Positions 1-6,327 of a stretch of DNA of 37,309 nt are shown in pieces. The stretch lies in the IMG/VR virus record IMGVR_UViG_3300045988_171288, one strand, 5' to 3'. Position numbers and translations under genes: made by a program. Origin of the DNA: a virus. Under the pieces are notes generated by a model that saw only the letters and a list, made by a program, of their open reading frames with translations, was not told the origin of the DNA and did not search any database. The number at the start of each line of letters is the position of its first letter. Within the stretch, counting starts at the first letter, position 1.

Positions 1-55
1 CTTGAGATATCACCCCCCAGTATCTTGAGATATCACCCCCCAGTATCTTGAGATA
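1..55. repeat. 23-bp tandem direct repeat CTTGAGATATCACCCCCCAGTAT, 2 full copies plus 9-bp partial (candidate iterons)
   Basis: Units read at 1-23 and 24-46, partial at 47-55. The C6 tract stands out in an AT-rich genome. The array is about 150 bp upstream of the putative rep gene. Confidence 0.85.
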
Positions 56-161
56 CTACAATAGATAAATTAACGATAGTTAATTTATTATAGTTAAATT
101 AAAATAGATAAATTATATATAGATATGCTACGCAAATTTTATGTATGTATTTATTTTTTAA

Positions 162-190
162 TTGACGCAAACTTACGCAAGTGCTATAAT
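162..190 (+). promoter_or_regulatory. Sigma-A-type promoter of the rep operon
   Basis: TTGACG (162-167), 17-nt spacer, TATAAT (185-190). ACGCAA boxes at 130, 165 and 175. Confidence 0.6.
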
Positions 191-211
191 ACATTTAAAA
201 GGAGTGATATT

Positions 212-841
212 ATGAGATTATACATAGGTAAATATTTACAATCTGAATTAATGAAATATGACGGAATTGATATGGTAGATATTGCTCTACTAGAATATTT
301 AGAAGATTTCAAATGTAGCGGAAATATGAAAGAACATATAAAAAACGGAAAGTCATGGAATTGGATTAGTTGGAGCAAAATACTAACAGATATGCCAATA
401 TTAAAAGTCAGTAAAAATGCTATAAAAGATAGATGTTTATATAAATTAGGAATTAAACCACTTAATTTTAACGAACGTTATGAAAAAGCAACAGATAGTT
501 ATAAGAAAAAAATGAAGAATTATAAATATTTTGGATTTATTGAATTTGAAACAGTGATAGAAGATAATGTGGAAAAAACAATTTTTAGATTTACAGAAAA
601 ATATTATTCAATAAAAGTTCCATTTTATGATCATGAAAATAAAAAGGACTTAACTGCTGCAACAGATAAGCCCAATGTAAATGATAATTATAATTTTGAT
701 TTTGATAATAATATTATATCACATGATGATAGTTATATGCAAATTCTATTAAATAGTGGATTTACTAAAAAAGATTTATTAAAAATGACCAGAAGTCAAA
801 TAATAAATGCTGTTAATAGTATAAATAATTTAAGAACGTAA
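212..841 (+). CDS. Putative plasmid replication initiator (winged-helix-like), function inferred mainly from context
   Basis: ATG at 212 lies 7 nt after GGAG (201-204); the ORF-track start at 125 has no RBS. First gene after the iteron array. No catalytic motif recognised. Confidence 0.45.
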   Translation: MRLYIGKYLQSELMKYDGIDMVDIALLEYLEDFKCSGNMKEHIKNGKSWNWISWSKILTDMPILKVSKNAIKDRCLYKLGIKPLNFNERYEKATDSYKKKMKNYKYFGFIEFETVIEDNVEKTIFRFTEKYYSIKVPFYDHENKKDLTAATDKPNVNDNYNFDFDNNIISHDDSYMQILLNSGFTKKDLLKMTRSQIINAVNSINNLRT

Positions 842-857
842 TAAGGATGGTAAATTT

Positions 858-1040
858 ATGACAAGTATAAGAAATAAGGATCTAGTTACAAGAAAGAGAC
901 TTAGTACAAGTGTTGATAAAGATATATTAAAAGAATCAAAAAAAATAAGTGATGATACAAAAATACCTTTTTCTAAATTAATGGATGAAGCATTAAATGA
1001 TTTAATAATAAAATATAGAGAAAAAAAGACTAGGATTTAA
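858..1040 (+). CDS. Ribbon-helix-helix (CopG/Arc-like) DNA-binding protein
   Basis: Beta strand KRLSTSV followed by two helices (LKESKKISD.. and FSKLMDEALNDLI). RBS AAGGATGG. Sits in an operon with rep. Confidence 0.6.
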   Translation: MTSIRNKDLVTRKRLSTSVDKDILKESKKISDDTKIPFSKLMDEALNDLIIKYREKKTRI

Positions 1041-1056
1041 ACTAGTCTTTTTTTCT
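1024..1056 (+). terminator. Rho-independent terminator overlapping the stop codon
   Basis: Stem AGACTAG (1027-1033) / CTAGTCT (1042-1048), followed by a T-run at 1049-1054. Confidence 0.7.
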
Positions 1057-1164
1057 CTATTGCATAACTCGACATTACTTCTTAGTAGAAAAAACACTGG
1101 GACAAAATAATAGTATGAGGAAATTATATAACATTCCTCTACTCTATTTTTTTACAGAAGAATT

Positions 1165-1293
1165 ATAAAATTTTGTAAAATTTTACAAAGAAGTAATTTA
1201 AATAAATTTTATAAAATTTTATATTAATCTATACTTTTTTATAAAATTTTATAAAAAAATAGTATTGCAAAATTTTATAAAATTTGGTAATAT
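1165..1293 (+). promoter_or_regulatory. parC-like centromere/operator array with embedded promoter
   Basis: Palindromic core TAAAATTTTA at 1166 (1 mismatch), 1176, 1212, 1242 and 1278 (degenerate). Identical 17-mers TTTTATAAAATTTTATA at 1207 and 1237. Promoter is TTGCAA (1265-1270), 17 nt, TGgTAATAT (1285-1293). Confidence 0.6.
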
Positions 1294-1335
1294 TTAATCA
1301 AGGTTGAACAAACTTTATAAAAGGAGGTGATAAAC

Positions 1336-1551
1336 TTGAGTAGAATTGTTTTAACTTTTAAAAATAACGATAAAGAAAAAGCAATAGAATCTTTTTTAGA
1401 TAGTAAGGTATCTCCTACTGCTTATATAAAGGAGCTTGTATGGGAGGCTATGAATAACGGAACTATAACAGTACCTGTTAAATCAGAAGATCAAAACCAA
1501 GAACAAGAAGTCGTTAAAAAAAGCAAACCTAAAGTTGGTGGATTTAGATAA
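1336..1551 (+). CDS. Ribbon-helix-helix protein, ParR-like centromere-binding adaptor candidate
   Basis: TTG at 1336 lies 8 nt after AAGGAGG (1321-1327). N-terminal strand RIVLTF followed by helices. Immediately upstream of the actin-like ATPase. Confidence 0.55.
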   Translation: MSRIVLTFKNNDKEKAIESFLDSKVSPTAYIKELVWEAMNNGTITVPVKSEDQNQEQEVVKKSKPKVGGFR

Positions 1552-1593
1552 AAGTACATTTAAAATTTAATATTAAATATTGGAGGAATGAGT

Positions 1594-2535
1594 ATGAAAT
1601 TTGTTAGTGTAGGAATAGACTTAGGAAACAGTATGCTAAAAGCTGCAAAAGAGGTTTCTGGAAAAAAGGTTAGGGTTAAAGTTCCTAATAGAATTCAGTA
1701 TAATAAATCTATTAATCCTAAAGCTAAAAAAGTTGAGTTTGATGGAAATACAATATTTGTAGGAGTTGGAGAACTTAATAATAATGTTCAAAAGCACTCT
1801 AGAAAGCATCTTTTAGAACAAACTTTTGTTATGATAAATGAATTATATCCAAGTGAATCAGAGTTAAAAGTTGATTTACGTTTAGGACTTCCACCTATAC
1901 AGTATTTCAATGATTCTCATAAAAGTAGCTTTGCTAATATGTTTCCAGTAGGTAAGCAATTTGAGTTTACTATTAATGGTATAGCTAAAAAGGTTACGTT
2001 TGTATCATTAGAAATTTTTGTAGAGGGATATTCAGCTTTTGTTTCTAATATTGAAAGTATCGGAGATAACAAACAAGACATATTAAGTATAGATGTAGGT
2101 GGAGGAACAACTGATATTTGTAGCTTCTCATATGATTATGATGATGAAATGTACTATCCAAATGATACTTTAACTATACCAAAAGGTGTTATTGACTATG
2201 GTTTAGAGATATCAAAACATTTTAATGAAGTAGAAAACGCGGATATATCAAGCAAATATATAGATTCTTTGCTTAAAAATAATATTGAAGAAATTGAATA
2301 TAAAGGTAATAAATATAAGCTTGAAAATTATTTAAGTTCAATAGAGCCTATAGTATATGATACAACAAATCAAATAACAAATAAGTTTGGTGAACTTGAT
2401 AGATACATAGTAGTAGGTGTTGGCGGAGGTTATAAAACATATAACCGTATGATTAAAGATAGAATAGCATCAGAAATAGAGCTAGATGAGGATTCTCAAT
2501 TCTTTGGAAATGCAGAAGGATATTTAGAACAATAA
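1594..2535 (+). CDS. parM: Actin-like plasmid segregation ATPase (ParM/Alp family)
   Basis: Phosphate-1 motif GIDLGNS, phosphate-2 motif DVGGGTTD, adenosine motif VGVGGG. ATG at 1594 lies 7 nt after GGAGG. Confidence 0.8.
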   Translation: MKFVSVGIDLGNSMLKAAKEVSGKKVRVKVPNRIQYNKSINPKAKKVEFDGNTIFVGVGELNNNVQKHSRKHLLEQTFVMINELYPSESELKVDLRLGLPPIQYFNDSHKSSFANMFPVGKQFEFTINGIAKKVTFVSLEIFVEGYSAFVSNIESIGDNKQDILSIDVGGGTTDICSFSYDYDDEMYYPNDTLTIPKGVIDYGLEISKHFNEVENADISSKYIDSLLKNNIEEIEYKGNKYKLENYLSSIEPIVYDTTNQITNKFGELDRYIVVGVGGGYKTYNRMIKDRIASEIELDEDSQFFGNAEGYLEQ

Positions 2536-2542
2536 ATCAAAA

Positions 2543-2569
2543 AAGTCAGTAGCGACCAACTACTGACTT
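2543..2569. other. 10-bp-stem hairpin after parM
   Basis: AAGTCAGTAG (2543-2552) / CTACTGACTT (2560-2569). An A-run precedes it, and there is no T-run on the plus strand. Confidence 0.5.
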
Positions 2570-2661
2570 ATGAACAACATACAATAGAGTATGCCGTATA
2601 ACTTAACGATAATATAAGTATACTCTATTGGATAAAAAAATACAATAGAGGAGATATAAAA

Positions 2662-2859
2662 ATGGAACAACTAATAGTAAACGGAATATTAGCATTAGAA
2701 AAACTTGAAAAGGAGCATGGTAGATTGGGTGCGATTACTGGAATAGTTATAATATGTATAGCTTCATTAGCAGCAATGGCTATAATAGGTGTTACAACTA
2801 TAGCATGGCTAAAAGTAGTAAATTGGGCTTTACAACACTTCATAGGATGGACACTATAA
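2662..2859 (+). CDS. Small membrane protein (65 aa, one TM)
   Basis: RBS AGAGGAG. Hydrophobic segment GAITGIVIICIASLAAMAIIGVTTIAWL. Confidence 0.6.
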   Translation: MEQLIVNGILALEKLEKEHGRLGAITGIVIICIASLAAMAIIGVTTIAWLKVVNWALQHFIGWTL

Positions 2860-2860
2860 T

Positions 2861-3001
2861 ATGGAGCAGTTATATTTTGAAATTTTAGAGAATGAATTAT
2901 ACATAAGCAAGACTTGTGAAGAATGTAAAAATAGGTGTAAGGTTTATTGTTTAAGTAAAGATGCAACAATATATTGTAATAAATTTAAAAGGCTAGATTA
3001 A
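2861..3001 (+). CDS. Cys-rich 46-aa protein (below ORF-track cutoff)
   Basis: My own translation: MEQLYFEILENELYISKTCEECKNRCKVYCLSKDATIYCNKFKRLD. ATG is 1 nt after the upstream stop (coupled). A degraded copy lies at 5129-5206. Confidence 0.45.
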   Translation: MEQLYFEILENELYISKTCEECKNRCKVYCLSKDATIYCNKFKRLD

Positions 3002-3015
3002 TTCTAGTCTTTTTC
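2990..3015 (+). terminator. Rho-independent terminator
   Basis: AGGCTAGA / TCTAGTCT stem (1 mismatch), followed by TTTT. Confidence 0.6.
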
Positions 3016-3074
3016 TATTGTAAAAAAGGATTAGATGTTTCTTATATAGAAATGTTTCTTATGTATATTAAACT

Positions 3075-3401
3075 ATGAAAGTAGGTGTTACATTGCTTAA
3101 GAAACTAAAGAAGGATGATTATAATTGGACTGGTAAATATATCAGAGAATACAATGAAATGGTTTCATATTATGAGAAACAGTTAGAAGAAAAGAATAGG
3201 ATCATTGAGTCTTTAAGTTTAGAAAATGATAATTTAAGAAAGAACATCAAGTTTCAAGGTAAACAGAAACAAATTTCTGATAAGGATATAGATAAAATAA
3301 GAAAATTAAAAAATGAAGGTAAAAGTTATAGTTACATATCGAATGAAACAGGCTGGAGCAAAGCAACTATAAGCAGAGTTATAAATAATAAAAATTATTA
3401 A
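3075..3401 (+). CDS. Coiled-coil protein with C-terminal resolvase-type HTH (HTH_7-like), no recombinase catalytic domain
   Basis: C-terminus reads DKDIDKIRKLKNEGKSYSYISNETGWSKATISRVIN. The start may instead be TTG at 3093, after AGGTG. Paralog of 4436-5074. Confidence 0.65.
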   Translation: MKVGVTLLKKLKKDDYNWTGKYIREYNEMVSYYEKQLEEKNRIIESLSLENDNLRKNIKFQGKQKQISDKDIDKIRKLKNEGKSYSYISNETGWSKATISRVINNKNY

Positions 3402-3429
3402 AAAAATAGTATTATTTAACTGAAATATA

Positions 3430-3458
3430 TTGACTCACCGTAACGGTTATGTTATAAT
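3430..3458 (+). promoter_or_regulatory. Near-consensus sigma-A promoter with palindrome in the spacer
   Basis: TTGACT (3430-3435), 17 nt, TATAAT (3453-3458). The spacer contains ACCGTAACGGT. Confidence 0.7.
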
Positions 3459-3485
3459 ATAAATATAGAAAGGGAGGTGAAGAAA

Positions 3486-3605
3486 GTGGCAAATAGAAGA
3501 AAACAAAAGAAAAAAAAGAAGAACACAGAACTTGCGACGGCTCGAATTCTTCTTTTGATAGAAATACTTAGCATAGTAAATACTATACTAGATAAGTTTT
3601 TCTAA
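3486..3605 (+). CDS. 39-aa peptide with Lys-rich N-terminus and hydrophobic C-terminus
   Basis: GTG lies 5 nt after AGGGAGGTGA. My own translation: MANRRKQKKKKKNTELATARILLLIEILSIVNTILDKFF. It has its own promoter and terminator. Confidence 0.45.
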   Translation: MANRRKQKKKKKNTELATARILLLIEILSIVNTILDKFF

Positions 3606-3645
3606 TACTTAGGGGCGAAAGCCCTTAAGTATATAAGTTTTCTTT
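3606..3645 (+). terminator. GNRA-capped hairpin terminator
   Basis: TACTTAGGGGC-GAAA-GCCCTTAAGTA (3606-3631), followed by a T-rich tail. Confidence 0.65.
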
Positions 3646-3752
3646 CATTATACCACAATGTACTATGAACGATACAAATAAATTATTAAAAATATCAATT
3701 GCATTAGCAATAGTAAATATAGTTCTACAAATATTTTTATAGGAGATTAAAA

Positions 3753-3947
3753 ATGAGTAAAAAAAGATTAAAAGTAAATTTTAATAAAGGTGGAAATGGT
3801 GGAGTTAGTGCAAAACTAACTCTTCCAATAACAATGGTTAGAGAATTAGGAATCGATGAAGAAAATAAGTTCATTGATGTAGTTTGTGAAGATGGCAAAA
3901 TAATAATTGTTAAATCGGAAACTCAGAATAGTATAAATATATTATAA
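3753..3947 (+). CDS. AbrB/SpoVT/MazE-type looped-hinge-helix DNA-binding protein
   Basis: GVSAKLTLPITMVRELGIDEENKFIDVVCEDGKIIIVK matches the SpoVT-AbrB pattern. RBS AGGAGA. Confidence 0.6.
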   Translation: MSKKRLKVNFNKGGNGGVSAKLTLPITMVRELGIDEENKFIDVVCEDGKIIIVKSETQNSINIL

Positions 3948-4047
3948 TAATATGAAAAAAATACATTAAAATATATACTGTGTATTTTTCTGCATTTTGT
4001 AGTATAATAAAAACATAGAAATAAAAAAGAGAAATTATAATCTAGTG

Positions 4048-4125
4048 GAATAGAGTGTGATTTCTATAAATACATGTTTTTATTTATTAGAATCACTCTT
4101 ATTGCCAGTAAGAGTGATTTTTAAT
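4048..4125 (+). ncRNA. Candidate antisense RNA (type I antitoxin) overlapping the 3' end of the toxin-like ORF
   Basis: Plus-strand TATAAT at 4036-4041 (alternative at 3993-3998). Hairpin AATCACTCTT / AAGAGTGATT (4091-4119), followed by TTTTT. Confidence 0.35.
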
Positions 4126-4202
4126 TTATCATAAATAAATGCTCCGATGATGCTAATGATTATAGCATCAGAGTTATTTAATAATAACTTTAAAATTTCC
4201 AT
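4080..4202 (-). CDS. 40-aa hydrophobic peptide with charged tail, type I toxin-like
   Basis: MEILKLLLNNSDAIIISIIGAFIYDKLKITLTGNKSDSNK. ATG lies 5 nt after AGGAGGTG (4215->4208). The ORF-track start at 4262 lacks an RBS. Confidence 0.55.
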   Translation of the reverse strand: MEILKLLLNNSDAIIISIIGAFIYDKLKITLTGNKSDSNK

Positions 4203-4435
4203 ACTTACACCTCCTTTCTTTCGTGAAAGTAGGTGTTTTTTCTTTTGTATAGAAATCATCACTCTTAGATTATAATTTCTCTAAAAAATATTATAACATA
4301 AAACAATTTATTAAAATAAAATAAATTGTTAATAGTTTTACTAAAGACTTTATTTTCATAAATTAATTATTGAATAAAAATAAATATAAATGATATAATA
4401 TTTTCATAAGTTAATTTATGAAAATAGGTGATGAA

Positions 4436-5074
4436 ATGAAAATTTTTAAAGAAATATTAGATACACATACTAAGATATGTACTTGTAGAAAAGTGTATAA
4501 AATAAATGATGATATTGAAATTATAATTGACCAGAAGGACAATAAATTAGTTATGTGGGGAGTTAATCATAAAACAGATAGGTTTTTAAATTTATCTACA
4601 AAGAGATTTAAAATGCTTATGGATGGATTTAAGTCAGTAGCTAGTGATTTATATTCAAGCGGAAGTAAGAATCAAAATTACTATTACATAACTATAGGTA
4701 AATCTATTAATAATTCTAAGGCTACAGAAAATAATGATAAAGTAGATATTGATTTATTGAAAGAAGAAATAAAAAGTTTGAAAGAAAAGTTATTGTTGCT
4801 AGATAGTGAAAATAATAAGTTAAAGGAAGATCTGGAAAGATATAAAAGAGAGTATTTATATTATTCTAATGAATATACAAATTTGAAAAAAGAAAATGAA
4901 AAAGGAAAATTAAATATTCATAATGCTAGAGGAGCAGGTAGAAAGGCTAAATTTACTGATTGTCAAGTTGATGAGATAAAAAGACTTAGGGAAAGTGGAA
5001 ATACTATAAAAGAAATAGCAAAAGTATTTAATTGTTCAGTTGGTTTAATTCATAAATTAATAAATGAAAAATAA
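4436..5074 (+). CDS. Coiled-coil protein with C-terminal resolvase-type HTH (HTH_7-like), paralog of 3075-3401
   Basis: GAGRKAKFTDCQVDEIKRLRESGNTIKEIAKVFNCSVGLIHKLI resembles the DNA-binding arm plus HTH of serine recombinases. ATG at 4436 follows AGGTG. Confidence 0.65.
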   Translation: MKIFKEILDTHTKICTCRKVYKINDDIEIIIDQKDNKLVMWGVNHKTDRFLNLSTKRFKMLMDGFKSVASDLYSSGSKNQNYYYITIGKSINNSKATENNDKVDIDLLKEEIKSLKEKLLLLDSENNKLKEDLERYKREYLYYSNEYTNLKKENEKGKLNIHNARGAGRKAKFTDCQVDEIKRLRESGNTIKEIAKVFNCSVGLIHKLINEK

Positions 5075-5128
5075 ATCTAAAAACATACAATATATTCATT
5101 TATTAATTTATAAACAAAATATATATGA

Positions 5129-5206
5129 AATTTATATGGCATAAAAGTATTATGTTTATCCAAAGATGCAGTTATATACTGTAAGAAGTTTAAAAAAGGA
5201 GTTTAA
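5129..5206 (+). pseudogene. 3' remnant of the Cys-rich small ORF (copy of 2861-3001)
   Basis: Reads ..VLCLSKDAVIYCKKFKKGV* against ..VYCLSKDATIYCNKFKRLD*. About 80 percent nucleotide identity over roughly 45 nt. No start codon. Confidence 0.5.
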
Positions 5207-5270
5207 TATATTTTGATTATGAAAATATAGAATATATTTGTATTTAAATTATTAAATCTATAAAGGAAGA

Positions 5271-5447
5271 ATGAACATGAAAGTAAATACTGTAGAATAA
5301 TTTAAGATTTTAGAATTTATTAAAGAAAATTTCGAGATAGAATATATTAAGTTAGAATTAATTGATAGAAATTCTATAAAGGTTATAGATGCAAAAAGTG
5401 AAAGTTGCATATTCTATTTAGAAAATAACGAAATAAAATGGACTTAG
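5271..5447 (+). pseudogene. Small ORF interrupted by an in-frame TAA at 5298-5300
   Basis: RBS AAGGAAG. Reads MNMKVNTVE*FKILEFIKENFEIEYIKLELIDRNSIKVIDAKSESCIFYLENNEIKWT* and is followed by a terminator. Confidence 0.35.
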
Positions 5448-5470
5448 ACTAGGTTTATCCTAGTCTTTTT
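5446..5470 (+). terminator. Rho-independent terminator
   Basis: AGACTAGG / CCTAGTCT stem, followed by TTTTT. Confidence 0.65.
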
Positions 5471-5529
5471 AAGTATATTCCTAGTAGAGAATATACTTAA
5501 CTATATAAAGAAGTATAGAAATCTATTTT

Positions 5530-6144
5530 CTAAAAATTACTATCATATAAATCTAATATTTCCTCTTGTTCAATTCCTATATATCTAAGTGTAACAGCTT
5601 GACTTGAATGATTTAAAGCCTTCTGTAAAATTGCAAGTATCCTCGGATTACTCGAATTACTCATATATATATGATAAGACCAAGTTTTTCTTAGTGTATG
5701 TGTTCCATAGTTGCCTTTTATATTTAATTCTCTTAAAGTATTTTTTATTATTTTATGAGTACTATCTACCCTTAAAGGTTTATTTCCTTTTCTACTTTTA
5801 AATAAATAATCATCCATATCATAACTCTTTAAGCTATCTAAGTATAATTTAATACTTTCTTTGACGCTATCATTTAATTTTAAATTTCTAGTTTTATCAG
5901 TCTTTTCTTCTGTAATAACTATTTTATCTTTAAAATTACCATTATTATCTATTACATCTTTTATCTTTAATTTTAATAAATCCCCTACTCTAAGTCCTAC
6001 ATTTATTCCAACTACAAAAAGCATATAGTCCCTTTTGTTATCTTTACCTTTTAAATATTGCTTTATTTTTTGTATATCCTTTTTATTCTTCAATGGATCA
6101 ACTGTATTTGCTTTTGCTATTCCATTGCTCTTTAATCTTACCAT
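5530..6144 (-). CDS. Small tyrosine recombinase (catalytic domain only, about 204 aa)
   Basis: Motifs GLRVGDLL (Arg), HTLRKTW (HxxR) and HSSQAVTLRYI (His, Tyr). ATG at 6144 lies 7 nt after AAGGTGA. Confidence 0.8.
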   Translation of the reverse strand: MVRLKSNGIAKANTVDPLKNKKDIQKIKQYLKGKDNKRDYMLFVVGINVGLRVGDLLKLKIKDVIDNNGNFKDKIVITEEKTDKTRNLKLNDSVKESIKLYLDSLKSYDMDDYLFKSRKGNKPLRVDSTHKIIKNTLRELNIKGNYGTHTLRKTWSYHIYMSNSSNPRILAILQKALNHSSQAVTLRYIGIEQEEILDLYDSNF

Positions 6145-6327
6145 ATCAAACTCACCTTTCAATGCCAATTTACAACGATAATATATCATTAGTTGTCATT
6201 AAAAACAACTACTTTTTTATATAAATAAGCTACACCTTAGTTATAGCAATATTTTAATATGTTTTCACGAATACCAACTTTTATAATTAGTTGGTATTTG
6301 ATATAATATAATTAAGAGGTGAGTACG

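Noticed and set aside
1-45. attL/attR direct repeats of an integrated prophage
   Set aside because: The 45-bp identity is made of tandem units adjacent to a rep gene, and the recombinase is 5.5 kb away. No flanking host sequence is present in the window. This cannot be fully excluded without read data.
1-55. Possible CRISPR array at the window ends
   Set aside because: The 23-bp units are directly contiguous with no spacers, there are only 2-3 copies, and there are no cas genes. This fits iterons or origin repeats better.
2579-2650. ATACAATAGAG twice (2579, 2640) plus an inverted copy (2620-2630) and a similar TACAATAGAT at 56-65, as a shared regulator site
   Set aside because: The local repeats are real and may form an operator for the 2662 operon. 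The link to the origin copy rests on a 9-mer expected about once by chance in 37 kb of this composition, so I did not promote it to a finding.
2625-2969. 114-aa minus-strand ORF
   Set aside because: It overlaps two plus-strand ORFs that have RBS or coupling signals and a terminator. It has no RBS of its own and a Cys/Ile/Phe-rich antisense-type composition.
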